From: Octopus vulgaris
Taxonomy: Eukaryota
NCBI GenBank assembly: GCA_951406725.2
Contig: OX597816.1
Coordinates: 49,290,001-49,354,000, forward strand
DNA: 64,000 bases
Reading direction: 5' to 3'
The position numbers were made by a program, and so were the translations under genes. Positions within the stretch are counted from its first letter, which is position 1. Each line of letters begins with the position of its first letter. Of the stretch, positions 12,794-26,070 are shown one piece after another. Below the pieces are notes generated by a model. It saw nothing but the letters and a program-made list of their open reading frames with translations. It was not told the DNA's origin and searched no databases.

Positions 12794-14386
12794 TATGGTG
12801 TATTATAAGCAAGTGAATAACAACAAATGATGGATTAATATCAGTTCATTACAGCTGTTACTTACGCATTTTTATAGAAGAATGCTGACATGCTCCCACT
12901 GTATTCTTGAGATATTCTCCTTTTGTTATTATTCATTTGCTTATACACAAACACGCACACAGACACACACATATAAAATTATTCTACAAAATTCTCAATC
13001 TAAAGGCATTGCCAATGACCATTCAGAAGAGCTCTGAAACTGGTGGTAGGAAAGAGGAAAGTTATCTTCAGATCGGAAACCCGGCCTTGATTCTTACAAA
13101 TCAGCTAAAGGCATTATCCCTGATGTGATATGTCGAATTCTTGAACCGGCCAGGGATTCACTCTACCACAAAATTAACCATAGCAACAGTTCAACTCTGG
13201 ATACAAAGAGCCGTAATTATGAAAATACACCAACCCATCACCATAAATTGGCCGTTTTCTTATCGCCTATGAAGACGTTAAGCTAGCGGTATACTTAGTG
13301 GGTCGGACAATATGTTTAATGACATTTCTTCCAACTATCTACATTTTGAGTTCTAATTCTACCGAGATCGACATTTCCTTTCATTCTTTCGGAGTCGATA
13401 AAATAAGAACCAGTTTCATACTGGAGTCATTGTAATCAACTTACCTTCTTCTTTAAGGTTGCTGGCTTTGAGTCAAAATTTGAAACCGTTATCAATTATG
13501 AAAGAATTAAAGACAAAGTTTAGATTTCCAAGGTATCTAAACTCCGATCTCCGAGTGTCTGCTCAAAATGCCGCAGGGTATATAGTGCGATACAGTTAAC
13601 CCAACCGATCCATCGCGCTAGATTATAAAATAGTTACCAGACCGTAGACTGGTCAGTTACATCGACATAATTATGTAGGTGCTATATCAGTTTATTCAAC
13701 CTGAAAAAATGAAAGATATAGTTTACCGAGTGGAATATGAACTCAAAATGTAAAAAGCCGGAACACACACCACAAAGCATTTTGTTTGAAAGTTCCAGCA
13801 ATTCTGCCAGCCTAGCAAAACAAATTATATTGGTTCAGAAACTGTACAGAAACGACAAGACCAACATCATCACCATCATTAGTAGTAATAACATCGATAA
13901 AAAAGAATTATTATAAGAAAATATATATATGACAAATGGAACAAAAATGAAAGAAGCAATGTAATGAAAATATAAAACAGATAAATATATATACAGCACA
14001 GATAACTAAAAGTTACAGCGAGTTATGTATTTGCTAATAACTTTTAGATTATTATCTCAGTTCGTATCGCTTTCATTTATTCGCTGTAAATCATATTTCT
14101 GCTTAAGCACAAACCTGTGCCTTCCAATATCTCATTCTTGTTCTTGTACGTCTGTGTGTGCTAATATATGGGACGTGCGTGTATAAGTGGTGGGTGCTGG
14201 ATAGGCTCGTTCAACCAACCACACACAACACATACATATACATCCGTAAACAATAAATTTATATATATGAATGACTGTGAATTCACACACACACATACAT
14301 ACACACTCACAAACACATACACATACACACACATACATACACATATACATAGGAATTTGTGTATGCATATGTATACATACATATTC

Positions 14387-14418
<32 letters not shown>

Positions 14419-15049
14419 TATACATATACATATATACATAAAACTATATAATCATAAATACGCGCAAACACACACACGTATGCACATACACACATACATA
14501 TATGTATATATATAATTACATATATGTATATGAAATTGTGTAGGTGTATATATACAAACATACATACATACCTACCTGCATACATACATACATACATACA
14601 TACATACATACATACATACATACATACATACATACATACATACATAGAGACACACACATATATATGTATATATATATATATATATATACATATATATATC
14701 ATATATCACTATTCCCTAATAAAAGCTATGTTGCCGGCAACCTTTTATTATAATCTTAATTAAACACTCGTATCTCTTTTTTCTATTTTTATTCTATTTT
14801 GTATTGTTTCCAAATTAGGAATATTCCTTGATGTACCAATAAATGTAGAACTGGGTTTGTCCACGGCAGTAATTATGTCGGTTCTCTAATTGCTTCGATT
14901 TACAGTAAACATATTCGTATAAGCTCACGTGTCTCTGTAACCAATGTGAAGGTGGAAAATAACAGCAACAACACCAAAATCAATAACAAATCTAACTAAT
15001 AATATTATTGGGAATACTTATGAATTTTTTCTTGTCGCTATAAGGCTAC

Positions 15050-15660
15050 CGTATGAGGGTACTTTACAGGCCACAAAATTTGTGGTGAGTTACACAAAAG
15101 TTAAATGAAACGAAATGTGATAGCATTGCAGGGAGTACTTGGCAAATAGTAATAATTACTGAGTCTCTGTGTTAGTCTTTTCTATTGCTGGTCTCATTAT
15201 TTTGTCGCTTCGTCGGACCGAAAGAAGTGAAATTAGTTTTACTACATCGAGTTTAACATGAATTCCTTCTGTGTAATATTCCACGCTTCTTTCAGTGATC
15301 ACGATGGGGACTAGCTATGAAATGTCACGTCGTTTTCAGGGGCCATGCAGATTTGTGTAACCATTGAGGTGTTACCTCAGATCTTTATACTTGTCCATAC
15401 CATCTGCCAGGAATGTGACCACGGACGAACACTCCATCATTCATGACGCTGAACCACGCATTTCGTTGGCCCATTACTGTGACAAAAGTGAATGGGCAAG
15501 TGTGTATGGGCCAAAAATACTTGTAATTATTTGTTCGTCGGCGCAACAAAAGCACCCATATCCGTCGTAATTCGTCGCCTTAATTACCCAAATGATTTAA
15601 TTACCATCGACACAAATAGTTTTCGAACAACGCTCTTTCTACTTCTCGCTTCATTGGTAA
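15050..15660 (+). mobile_element. piggyBac-type transposase relic
   Basis: Fragments MSRRF, NVTTDEHSI...HY..K....VYGPKILVIIC and LITIDTNSF resemble the piggyBac MSRxRF, NITIDEQLV..QY..KPAKYGIKI and ITTDNFF motifs, in the right order. Confidence 0.55.
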
Positions 15661-15667
15661 ATTACTG

Positions 15668-16044
15668 GGCAATGGCCCAGTGGTTAGGGCAGCGGACTCG
15701 CGGTCATAGGATCGCGGTTTCGATTCCCGACCGGGCGTTGTAAGTGTTTATTGAGCGAAAACACCTAAAGCTCCACGAGGCTCCGGCAGGGGATGGTGGT
15801 GATCCCTGATGTACTCTTTCACCACAACTTTCTCTCACTCTTACTTCCTGTTTCTGTTGTACCTGTATTTCAAAGGGCCGGCCTTGTCACTCTCTGTGTC
15901 ACGCTGAATATCCCCGAGAACTACGTTAAGGGTACACGTGTCTGTGGAGTGCTCAGCCACTTACACGTTAATTTCACAAGCAGGCTGTTCCGCTGATTCG
16001 GATCAACCGGAACCCTCGTCGTCGTAACCGACGGAGTACTTCCA
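15668..16044 (+). mobile_element. SINE family A
   Basis: caatggcccagtggttagggcagcggactcgcgg...gtttcgattccc head with A/B boxes; tail cgtaaccgacggagt. Confidence 0.92.
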
Positions 16045-17872
16045 CTGAAGAGTCTGATATAGGAGATTATGTTTCCTCGTTAATTAATAACAAGGTTGGG
16101 GGAAATAATCCCCTCTTGGGTAACATAAACTCCCGATACAGGTCGTCTGAGAGATGCTTATTTCTCGTAGCGTCATAACTGGGCGTCAGTGCGCATATGT
16201 CAGAATCCATAGTTTCTCCGAAGACAACCACATTTATGTATAGTAACATGGGATCAGCAATCACTGGCCTTCCCTCGGAGCCGGCCCGGACAACACCCAT
16301 TCATACGCTTAAATATTATGCTCGTAGGATTCTACATTGAACGGAAAGGAACTGCGGAAACTCATCATCATCATCATCATCATCTGACCGTTGCAATGCA
16401 ACTCATAGAATAAGGGGTAATAGAAAGGTTATATTGTTTTTTCTGGTCTATTCTTTGTTCTGTTATAGTTGTGGTGATGTCAGTAGTGGTCATACGTTGC
16501 CTATGTTTTATGGTAGGAGCAATTAATCATCGGAGGAGCATAAGACTAATATGATGCCAGACGTGAGGCCATTTTTGCCTCTGTTTCCAAGATATATGTC
16601 TCTCCAAACTTCTTAAGTACTTCAGTTCTATATTTAAGAGATGAGGAATTATGTACATTATTTACATTATTTACATTTGACGGGTATTATTTACATTACT
16701 TACATTTGAAGGTCTACTGAGGATGTCTGAGAGACCCTTCTATTAGTTTTTTTATCTCATGTCATTCTGTTATTCATTCGCTTGGATAGGTCCGGAAGAA
16801 TTTTTATAACAATCATATTTACTGGAATTATGAGGATGATCTTTGCAAATTCTTTTCTGGTTGTATGTTATTGTATTGTGAAATGAGCATTTGTCCGAGG
16901 AATTCGATTTTGGAGTTTTGTGCAGCAGTTGTTTTTATTGTTTCTTTTTCTGTGTGATCTTGTTTGCCTTTTCTTGGTGGTAGCGGTGTGGTTGCGTTGC
17001 GAGTTATTCTTTGTTTTTCTTGTTATGTGTTTTGCATTTATTAATGTTTTATTGTTCAGTTCTCCAATCTTTTCGTTTCTTTGATGAGGTGTAGTCTGGT
17101 CTATTTCTACTGCAACATGCCATTCACATGTCTTCTCATCCTGCTCCTGTTCATTTCATGGAAGGTCGGAGGAGGGATTTGAGGGTTCGTTGGAGTATAC
17201 CATTCTTTGCGTTGGTGATGTTTGGAGAAGGGTAGAGGATTTCTATGAGACATCATTTTCGGAAGGTGATGGTATGATTTGTTATCTTTCTGGTTATTTT
17301 CTATCTTGGTTCTGTTACTGCTGCTGGAGTTGCGGTTGATATAAATGCAGTTGTATTGTCTGCAGGAAAGGGGCTCACCCACAACTTAAGGAGAGAAAAT
17401 CATTTTGGTATTCGTTGTTACCATATCTGCGCATTTTCACTCCCTACACAACTCTCATTTAGTCTCTGCTTATCAAGTTAATAAGGTTGAGCGCCCCTAG
17501 AGCGCACCCTAGAGGTTTAACATTTGAAGCTGCAGATGAAATTCCGAGCAGATCTGGAAAGTTGACGTTTTTGTTTCTATCATTTCTTCGTGTTCCATTT
17601 CTTTATTCTATAAGTCTATGTTGGTGGAGATATTATGGATTATCCCTTTGGTCATACGTTGCCTATATATTATGGTAGGAGGATTAATCATCGGAGGAGC
17701 ATACTACTAATATGATGCCAGACGTGAGGCCATTTTTGCCTCTGTTTCCAAGATATTTGTCTCTCCAAACTTCTTAAGCACTATATTTAAGAGATGAGGA
17801 ATTATGTACATTATTTACATTATTTACATTATTTACATTTGTCAGATATTTGTCTTCATCTTGTTTGTTGTT

Positions 17873-17918
17873 AACACAATATTTCGGCTGATATACCCTC
17901 CAGCCTTCATCAGATGTC
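17873..17918 (-). ncRNA. Minimal type I hammerhead ribozyme motif
   Basis: gacat-CTGATGA-a-ggctg-gagggtatat-cagcc-GAA-ATAT-T-gtgtt. Perfect 5-bp stem II, palindromic 4-nt stem III, stem I gacat/gtgtt. Confidence 0.8.
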
Positions 17919-17967
17919 TTGGGGAAATTTCGAAACTGGGTTTTCATTCCTAAGGTATTTTTCGATG

Positions 17968-18028
<61 letters not shown>

Positions 18029-18034
18029 TACTCA

Positions 18035-18104
18035 GGTCACTGCTTGGAATCGAACTCGGAATCTTGGAGTTAGTAGCCGCGCTCTTAACCACTACGCCAT
18101 ATGC
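18035..18104 (-). promoter_or_regulatory. tRNA-Ile(AAT)-like Pol III internal promoter (not a functional tRNA)
   Basis: A box TGGCGTAGTGG and B box GTTCGATTCC. The segment gctactaactccaagattccgagttcgattcc resembles the tRNA-Ile(AAT) anticodon/T arms. No proper acceptor stem. Confidence 0.7.
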
Positions 18105-18781
18105 TGGTGGGTATATCAACCGAAACATTGTGTTAATAACAAACAAGATGAGGACAAATATCTGTCAAATGTAAATAATGTAAATAATGTACATAATTCC
18201 TCATCTCTTAAATATAGAACAGAAATAATAAAGTAAGAAACTTCAAAGTCTATCTGGCTGTCAAATGCAACCCCTCCTGGTCAATGAAGATGCAATATTT
18301 GGTCACAGTGGACTTGGAATAAAAGGCCAGGCACCTATCACATATCATTCAGCGACCAATCCTAAGAACACTTTAGAGAGCTTCTTTGAAGCTGTAGCGC
18401 TTTCTAAGTTCGGCATCAGAAAAAAAGGTCCTCTAACATTGGAATGAAAAAGAAATGTTTGAGATCAGTGCGATCCATCGTATGTGTGAATCTGTGTAGT
18501 AGAAAAAGAATCGATTTACCGGTGCAGATAGAAAAGAAATGAAGCAGAGTGCTGAGACAACACTGCAAAATCAGGATGAGTTTGGTGAGCCTTTGGAAGA
18601 AAGTAGCAATGAAAAACAGGAGGAAATAGTAAGAGGAATTAGTGAATACCGGGATAGTGATAGGGGTGCAATGGGGAATGTTTGCAGAAATCTAGTAGTC
18701 TATATATAGTTACTGTCTGAACATAAAGACGATGAACAGGAAATACTCAGCTGATTAACTGCCTTGATAGTGTGTGGTTAG

Positions 18782-19164
18782 GTGGAGGCGCAATGGCCCA
18801 GTGGTTAGGGCAGCGGACTCGCGGTCGTAGGATCGTGGTTTCGATTCCCAGACCGGGCGTTGTGAGTGTTTATTGGGCGAAAACACCTAAAGCTCCACGA
18901 GGCTCCGGCAGGGATGGTGGTGATCCCTGCTGTACTTTTTCACCACAACTTTCTCTCACTCTTACTTCCTGTTTCTGTTGTACCTGTATTTCAAAGGGCC
19001 GGCCTTGTCACTCTCTGTGTCACGCTGGATATCCCCGAGAACTACGTTAAGGGTACACGTGTCTGTGGAGTGCTCAGCCACTTACGCGTTAATTTCACGA
19101 GCAGGCTGTTCCGTTGATCGGATCAACCGGAACCCTCGTCGTCGTAACCGACGGAGTGCTTCCC
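18782..19164 (+). mobile_element. SINE family A, full length
   Basis: A/B-box head; probable TSD agtgtgtggt at 18769-18778 and 19165-19174. Confidence 0.93.
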
Positions 19165-21825
19165 AGTGTGTGGTAATCAATAACATCCGATCAACCTAGG
19201 TTGTCGAAAAGAGAAAACTACATAGTAAAACAATGAAGATAGAAAGATCCCTGCAGTATGTATAGGTGGACGGTTTCAAAGAATTCAATAACTTGCTTAG
19301 GTCCTCAAAATCGAGCCCATGACTTGATAACCATTCACCGAATACTTTGATTACTATGTTACACATCTGGAAGCAATAAATATGATGACTAAATTTACAG
19401 AGACTTCATAACATAGCGGATTGTTACTACATTGTAATTGAGTACCTAAAGCGTATCCGCATTGCTTATCTTATGCAAAACATTTTACTTATAAGGTATC
19501 TTATACGTGGTAATTAGTTTCCAAACAAATAATGATAGTTGCTCTTAGCTATCGTTTTCCAGATAAGGAAAGCACTGTTTGAACTGCAATCTAGCCCTAT
19601 CTACACATTAAATTTTATTTCTTCTGTTCAATTATATTTCCTGCATTTCCATCTTATAAAAACTTGACGCATCAACTTTTGTTTTCTTCACTTTATTATA
19701 TTTGATTCTGAAATTTCACAATACATCTCTCACATCCAAAATACCCAATAATAAATTGAATGACTAAAAAGAAACACGTACATTTTTTGACGTCTTTAAT
19801 CTTTTCATTATAGTTCTTTATTCACCAACGTCTTTTACATGTTACAGATTTTGATCTGTAACGAACTTAAAATGTATTTCTATTTCTTCCAATCAAGCAG
19901 AAGATATTTATAGCACCAATCCATTGCGTCGGTTTCAACGTGTAATTCATAACTGAAAAACAAAATTACTTGAATAATAGTTATTTTGTTTTTAATATAT
20001 ATGCGTTTGTTGCTACACAACGTAGGAGTGAATGACAACCTTCTCCATCCAACCGTTTCGTCTTCAAAACTCATTGCAATAATCTTCAACTGTCATCTAT
20101 TACACTGGAGAATAAGGTGTTTGTTGTCTGGTATTGGAAACATGTCTCCAAGTAATTTTGAGGTGCTGATTTCAAACATGAAATACATCTTTCTCTCTGA
20201 CATCAAGATTTTTTCAAAAACTCAAGTAGCCATTTTTCAAGATTTCCGGTTATTGTCACCATTTCTAAGAACAGATTTGGCTGAATCAAATGCATACCCA
20301 TGTATGGAGCTTGACAATACGTTGAAAATACGTTTTACAATATCATTTATTTTAAATGCAATTACAAAAGTGAAAACAAAAGTTATGATTTAAGTATCGT
20401 CTGTAAGTACAAAGCATCAAACTTGAGCCACATTCACTTTTTTCAATCTGACAGTTTTAAATCTCACGATAACGAGAGAAATGCTCTTTATATAATTACG
20501 TATTAATAAACTGTATTTTTCTGTGTTACTCGACATCATACATCTCTCTTATTTGTGGAATTCGCCTGCCAATATGTCTACGCTGTGCTTGATTCAGTAT
20601 AACTATCAATGCAAACCAGGTGATTCATGTTTTGTTGAACCTTTAAATATTTCTTACGAAAATTGTTATTTTGAATGTGCCAATTGCGAGGTCACATGGG
20701 TCAAGGTCACGTTTTGTCAAGCCTTGTCAAAAAACTGTAGGGAGGTCTCTAAACACTCTTAGGTTCAGGTTACTCTTCATTCTCTAGAAGACTGCATATT
20801 TTCTCCGGAAAAGCTGGCGGAAGGTTTTAAGGCTCGTTCACGACACTAACACTGATTAGTATACTTAGTTATGGCCGGAACTATGATCCATGCTGTACTG
20901 GATAATAGGGTCTGGTACGATTATTGCTCATACTGCAGCTCGTTAATACAATAATTTCCGTTTATCTTACTTTTCGTAATAAACTCCTTCAAATAAGGTT
21001 TTCTGTGCCGTAACTACTTGTGAACACATTCTGATTTGTCTGCTCATATATTACCCTTCATTACACTTGCATTGGCCAACCACCTCTGCTGCGACTCCAT
21101 GGTTAAAGCAGACGATAGATTCAACGCTGTTGACAATATCTCAAACAGACACATGTATTTCTATGCCCAAAATATGAATGGTTGGCATATTGTTTTTGCT
21201 TATTTAGGGAATGTATTTTCAATCTCAGAAATAAAATCGGTGGTCCATTAGATTGAATTCAGTCACGCTAAAAGCAAATAAGTTTTTATACTGATCTGAC
21301 AAGGCTTCTTTGAGCTGTTATCTTGAGTGTTTTTGAAAGCCTCTATCCTACATTTAGGAGGCAGAGATAGACTACTTTCTTCTCCATGACAAGATGCATA
21401 TTCCGTATCATATACTAGCAACGATGACATTTACATGCAATATAATGGAAGAAGTTTCATTTGGCAAAGAGTGCATTTGTGTTTGATTTTATTTATTTAT
21501 TTATTTATTTATTCGTTCATGTTGAACATTTAATATCTTGCTGTGAAATTAAATTACAGTTTTGTATTTTCTCTGTTATTGGACTCTCTTATTTTGCTCA
21601 TTACTGATTTTCTTTTCATAGGCGTGATTCAGAAATGTGTAGCCATTTCTGTGCGGAGAAAAATTACAGAATTACAGAAGAATGAAAAGCTATTCCATGA
21701 AGTAAAAGTCCTTCACATTTAGAAGCAACTCATAAACAAGTCTGATTGAATCAGCCGTGGATACAATCGCTGTTACTCCTGTTATTATCATCATCATCAT
21801 CATCATCATCATCAATAATAATAAT

Positions 21826-23215
21826 GTACGGTATGATCCCACATTCTTGGATTATGGAGTGTATGAACCTATTTGGTATTGCATCGAATGTTGAGCGATT
21901 GCTTGGAAAAAGTATGGCGAATTGCAGGACGGACCTGACAGCATACGGAAGAAATTTAGGGACAGTAGAAATTAGGAGGGGCATCATCTAAAGGGACTGC
22001 CTGTCCCCATTGAACTTTGTACTGTGCTTGATACCACTAAAACTGATTCTGAGAAAAGCAAAAGCTGGGTATGTATTCAAAAGCCGCCTGCAAAAAGTCA
22101 ACCATCTGTTATTCACCAATGACCTCAAACGTTATGGTAAAGATAAAGCCCGAGTCAGTTCCCCCGTTGATACGGTGTATATCTTCAGTACTGATATCAG
22201 AATGGAGTTCGAACTGAGAATGTGTGGTGTATTAGTCTTGAAGAGAGGGAAAATAAAATGTATGGACGAGATAACGATATCGTCGGTGGAGGTTATAAAG
22301 CAAATAGAAGAGATGGGCTGCATGTACTTGGGGATTTTCGAAATGGATAAATTGATGGAGAAAGAAACGACAGAAAAATTTAAGGTGGAGTACTAGCGCA
22401 GACTGAGACTGATCCTTAAGTCGAAATTAAATGGACGGAATAAGAACGAAGCTATCAACACCTGGGTGGTTTCACTCCTTTTATACGGAGCATGGGTAAT
22501 CGCATGGACGGTAGACGAACTAAACAGCTTAGACAGAAAGACAAGGAATTTGCTTTAACTTGATATGAGTCACTCCGGAAACGGAGGCTCTAATCTGTGC
22601 TGCCCAAGAGCAAGCACTAAGAACAAACTACATAAAATACAGAGCAGAAAGTTATAAGTGCAGAATCCGTAGACAAAGCGGTGAAACCGTATGGCATATT
22701 ACCAGCCAATGTACGCTACTAGTCCAGAAGGAATATAAGAGACGCCACGACAATATAGCCAGGCTTCTCCATTGGACACTCTGCAAGAAGTATGGAATTG
22801 ATAAAGCAAAACATTGGTACGACCACAAACCGAAAGGCATCATTAAAAAATGGAAATGCAAAGATCCAATGGGCTTTTATGATTCAGTGCGACCATGACA
22901 TAGAGAATAGGAAGCTAGACATAGTCTTAATTGAGAAATAAAACAAACTACGCTGGCTCATAGATATAGCATGCCCAGCTGACAAGAAGGTATGCGATAA
23001 GGAAGAAAGAAAAGTTGAGACATATAACAGGTTAGCTTGGGAAGTTAAGCAGTTGTGGTCGATGAAAAATGTAAGAGTAGTACCAATAATTGTCAGAAGA
23101 AGGTAGCAGCATACCGATAATTGTTGGAACAAGGAACGACAATCTCGAGAAGTAGGTGGAACAAATAGGGGCTGCAATAAGGGTGGAGATAACTCTAAGG
23201 GCTTGTGGAAAGAAG
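21826..23215 (+). mobile_element. R4/Dong-type LINE (RT + RLE), truncated and decayed
   Basis: GI..GDCLSPL.FVL, VNHLLFTNDLK, YLGI, AAQEQAL, CRIR..SGETVWHI.SQC, YKRRHD, DIAC motifs. Begins at a (TAA)n tract. Confidence 0.88.
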
Positions 23216-25159
23216 TTGACAACCCCTAAACCGATGACAGTTGCAGGAAATTTTGTATGCATAGCACTTGGTACTTCAATTAATATTTTGATGTTTGTCG
23301 AAATTTTTCTCTCTTGAGGAAAAGCAAATCAAATCTTCTGCTGGAATTTTCAGTTTGTTTAAGACCCTTTTAGATCCGATGCACCGATTTTTTTTTTTTT
23401 TGCTTTTTCAGACAAATTGACCTTTTCTCATCATATAACACTTATATCTGATATCTTTGTGGACAACATTTCTGACTGTTCCTTCAGACAAATGGACATA
23501 TTTTGCAATTGACCTCATGGAAGTTTTGAGATTGTAGCTGGATAGATTCAAGTGTTCTGATGATTTCAGAGCGTTTAGAATGCTTTTTATGCTTTGATAC
23601 TAATACGTTTCAATCTTCAGTCACTAACTGCTTACAAACTTTGTAGTCGAATGATCTGGTAAATTTTAAAATCGAGAAGTTTCTAAATCGCTGTGCTCAG
23701 CCTTTATAACAACAACAACAGCAAGCCGTTTCATTTCTTTAATAAACTGAAGGTCTGCCATTATCATTTTCTGAAACAAATATTATACAGAATTAGCAAA
23801 AAATGCAACAATGACCCCCAAAAAGGTATGTCCTCGAATACCTTACGCACCCTGTATATACACATTTACTTCTATACGGATCCGTGTGTAAATGTGCGTG
23901 TGTGTGTATGTGTGTGTGTGTGTAAAACAATAGAAGAAATTGCGATAGAGAATATTCTTGCTCTAATTATTTCATAAGCGACTGTCACGTGGTTGTATGT
24001 TAATTTATAATTCAAATCCAAACGTAAGATATCTATGTTATTTTTGTTGTATTAGATGATGTTGAGTACACAACTTCCTATCATTTATAAAAACTTTTAC
24101 CTCCTCTGCCTCGCCCAATACTCCACCTTTTGTTCTTCAATAGCGGCTTCGACAAGAAAAACCCAGAAAATGTCTTAATGAACGCCACAATGTGTTTTGA
24201 TAACTGGTAATTTAAGAATATTCATACATACATGTATATATCTGTACATACGTTTATATATATATACACTATGAATTTACATCTATATATATGCATATGT
24301 ATAAATGTGTGTGTTTGTGTGAAGACATGCAAATATATGCGTGTGTTAATGGTAATTTTAAAGATGATTTATGAATATACATTTATATGTATGTATTTGT
24401 GTGTGGGTGTGTGCGTGTTTGTGCTTGTTTGTGCGTGTATGTGTAAGTGTACATTATATAAGTATTAGAGTGTTTATGTAAGAGTCTGTGTACTATGCAT
24501 GCATATGTGTCTGTGTGTTTGTATGACTATCTATAAAACAGCCAGTTATGTAAATTGTTGATACAATGCAGTCTGGCGGTACATAAAAAGGATATAATTT
24601 GTATGAAATTACCATTTAGCTTTTTACCCCTATCAAAAAAAACAATTTCCTAATTAAAGCAAATGCAGCGATTGAAAAAAATGCTGAAGAAGTGAATCAT
24701 GTCGATCTTAATGATTTCTTTTGAAGTAAACAGTTGGCTATTTTAAATTGATAATCAATGAGTACACATTTTCTTTCTATCTTCGTTTTCAGACAAAATA
24801 CATTAGAAAGATCGGAGTGTATTGTTGCAGTTTCTTCGATATTTTATCGCACAGTAATGTCATTTGCATATAAGATGTTTCCAGATTTTAAATAATTTTT
24901 GACAGCCTAATGTATTTACTTTAAGTTATTAATATTTCATATCGTATTGTTATTAGTTTTCAATGAACTAATCACAATGGCAAAGATTTTATGATGGCGA
25001 GAGTGATTATCGGTGCAATTCGGACGCAAAAGACTACCTCAGATATCAGATATCACCGGTTTATCAGATTTATTACGGGTGCTTTTAATTTCATGTACTC
25101 ACACACACATGTATGTGTATATCTACCTATCTACCCGTGTAAATATATATATATATATA

Positions 25160-25194
<35 letters not shown>

Positions 25195-25196
25195 TA

Positions 25197-25822
25197 TACA
25201 AGCAAAACGCCCTTCGTCCCATGGACGGTGCTGAGTTGTCAAACATTTAAACCAAATTTTCTCAAAACAACTTGTCCGACAGTCCCATAGGGCTCCCCTT
25301 TGAGAATCACTGATTTAACCTAAATTTGAGACATCAGCAAAAGAAGAAATAAAGACTTTTTTTCTATTCCAAAGAAGAACGATTTTATTCCCACAAATAT
25401 GCAACCGAAGAGTTTAAAGTACCAATAATGATAAGGCTGCTTACTGGGAGAAGACAAACATGGTTTGAACAGTAAGCTTGGCAGGAAAGAAACGTGCCTT
25501 CATGCAGTACAAAAATAACAAATAATGGAAGATGCAGTTATGTACAGGTTGACGGAAGAAAAGCAGGACAAAAACGGTGCATGCAAAAGGGTTAGCTGGA
25601 GGTAAATCTCGATGGACCGATTATATATATTTATATATATTTGCGCGTACAAATGCATGTTCCCACGACTTTATCGATCGCATTCTCACCTGGAATCGAT
25701 TTTTGCAATTTTTTCAAGACTTATACACACCCTGATACCGTCGGTATCTACATATCAAATTTGAGCCCGAGATCCTAGAAAACACATACCCTGACAGACA
25801 GAACGGATGTTATATAATAGAT
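25197..25822 (-). mobile_element. Putative non-autonomous Helitron-like element
   Basis: Minus-strand start TCTATTATATA at about 25821. Decayed GC hairpin and CTAG-like end near 25197-25230 beside (TA)n. Confidence 0.4.
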
Positions 25823-25831
25823 GTATACATC

Positions 25832-26070
25832 TAGGTTCTGTCCCACTGCACGTGGCATCTTGGGCAAGAGTCGTCTACTATAGCCTCGGGCTGACCACAG
25901 CCTTGTGAGTGGATTTGGAAGACTAAAACTGAACGAAGCTCGTCGTATACACACACACATATGTATCAATGTATGTATGTATCTGCTTTTGGCCTCCAGT
26001 GTCAATTTGTTCGACTACAGACGGTGCTAAGTATGGCCGCAGTCAAATGGTTGAAACAAGTAAAAATATA
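25832..26070 (+). mobile_element. SINE family C, internally deleted
   Basis: tcccactgcacgtggcatcttgggcaag..gccttgtgagtggatttgg and the tail ggccgcagtcaaatggttgaaacaagtaaaa. Confidence 0.75.

Larger units (their letters stand above)
17781..18220 (-). mobile_element. Non-autonomous PLE copy: tRNA-like head + (TAA)n + HHR + tail, with a 5' inverted partial pLTR
   Basis: 18104 to 17781 is homologous to 2401-2159. 18103-18220 is an inverted copy of about 17781-17904. Confidence 0.85.

Noticed and set aside
15793-15996. Recurrent MVVIP..FHHNF ORF (also at 18866 and 28786)
   Set aside because: Incidental frame inside SINE family A.
18035-18104. Functional tRNA gene (also the SINE A and C heads)
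   Set aside because: No acceptor stem pairing, no T-run terminator, and fused to repeat bodies.
19900-20450. 135-aa ORF at 19986-20393 and possible DNA-transposon remnant
   Set aside because: No convincing motif or terminal repeats identified.
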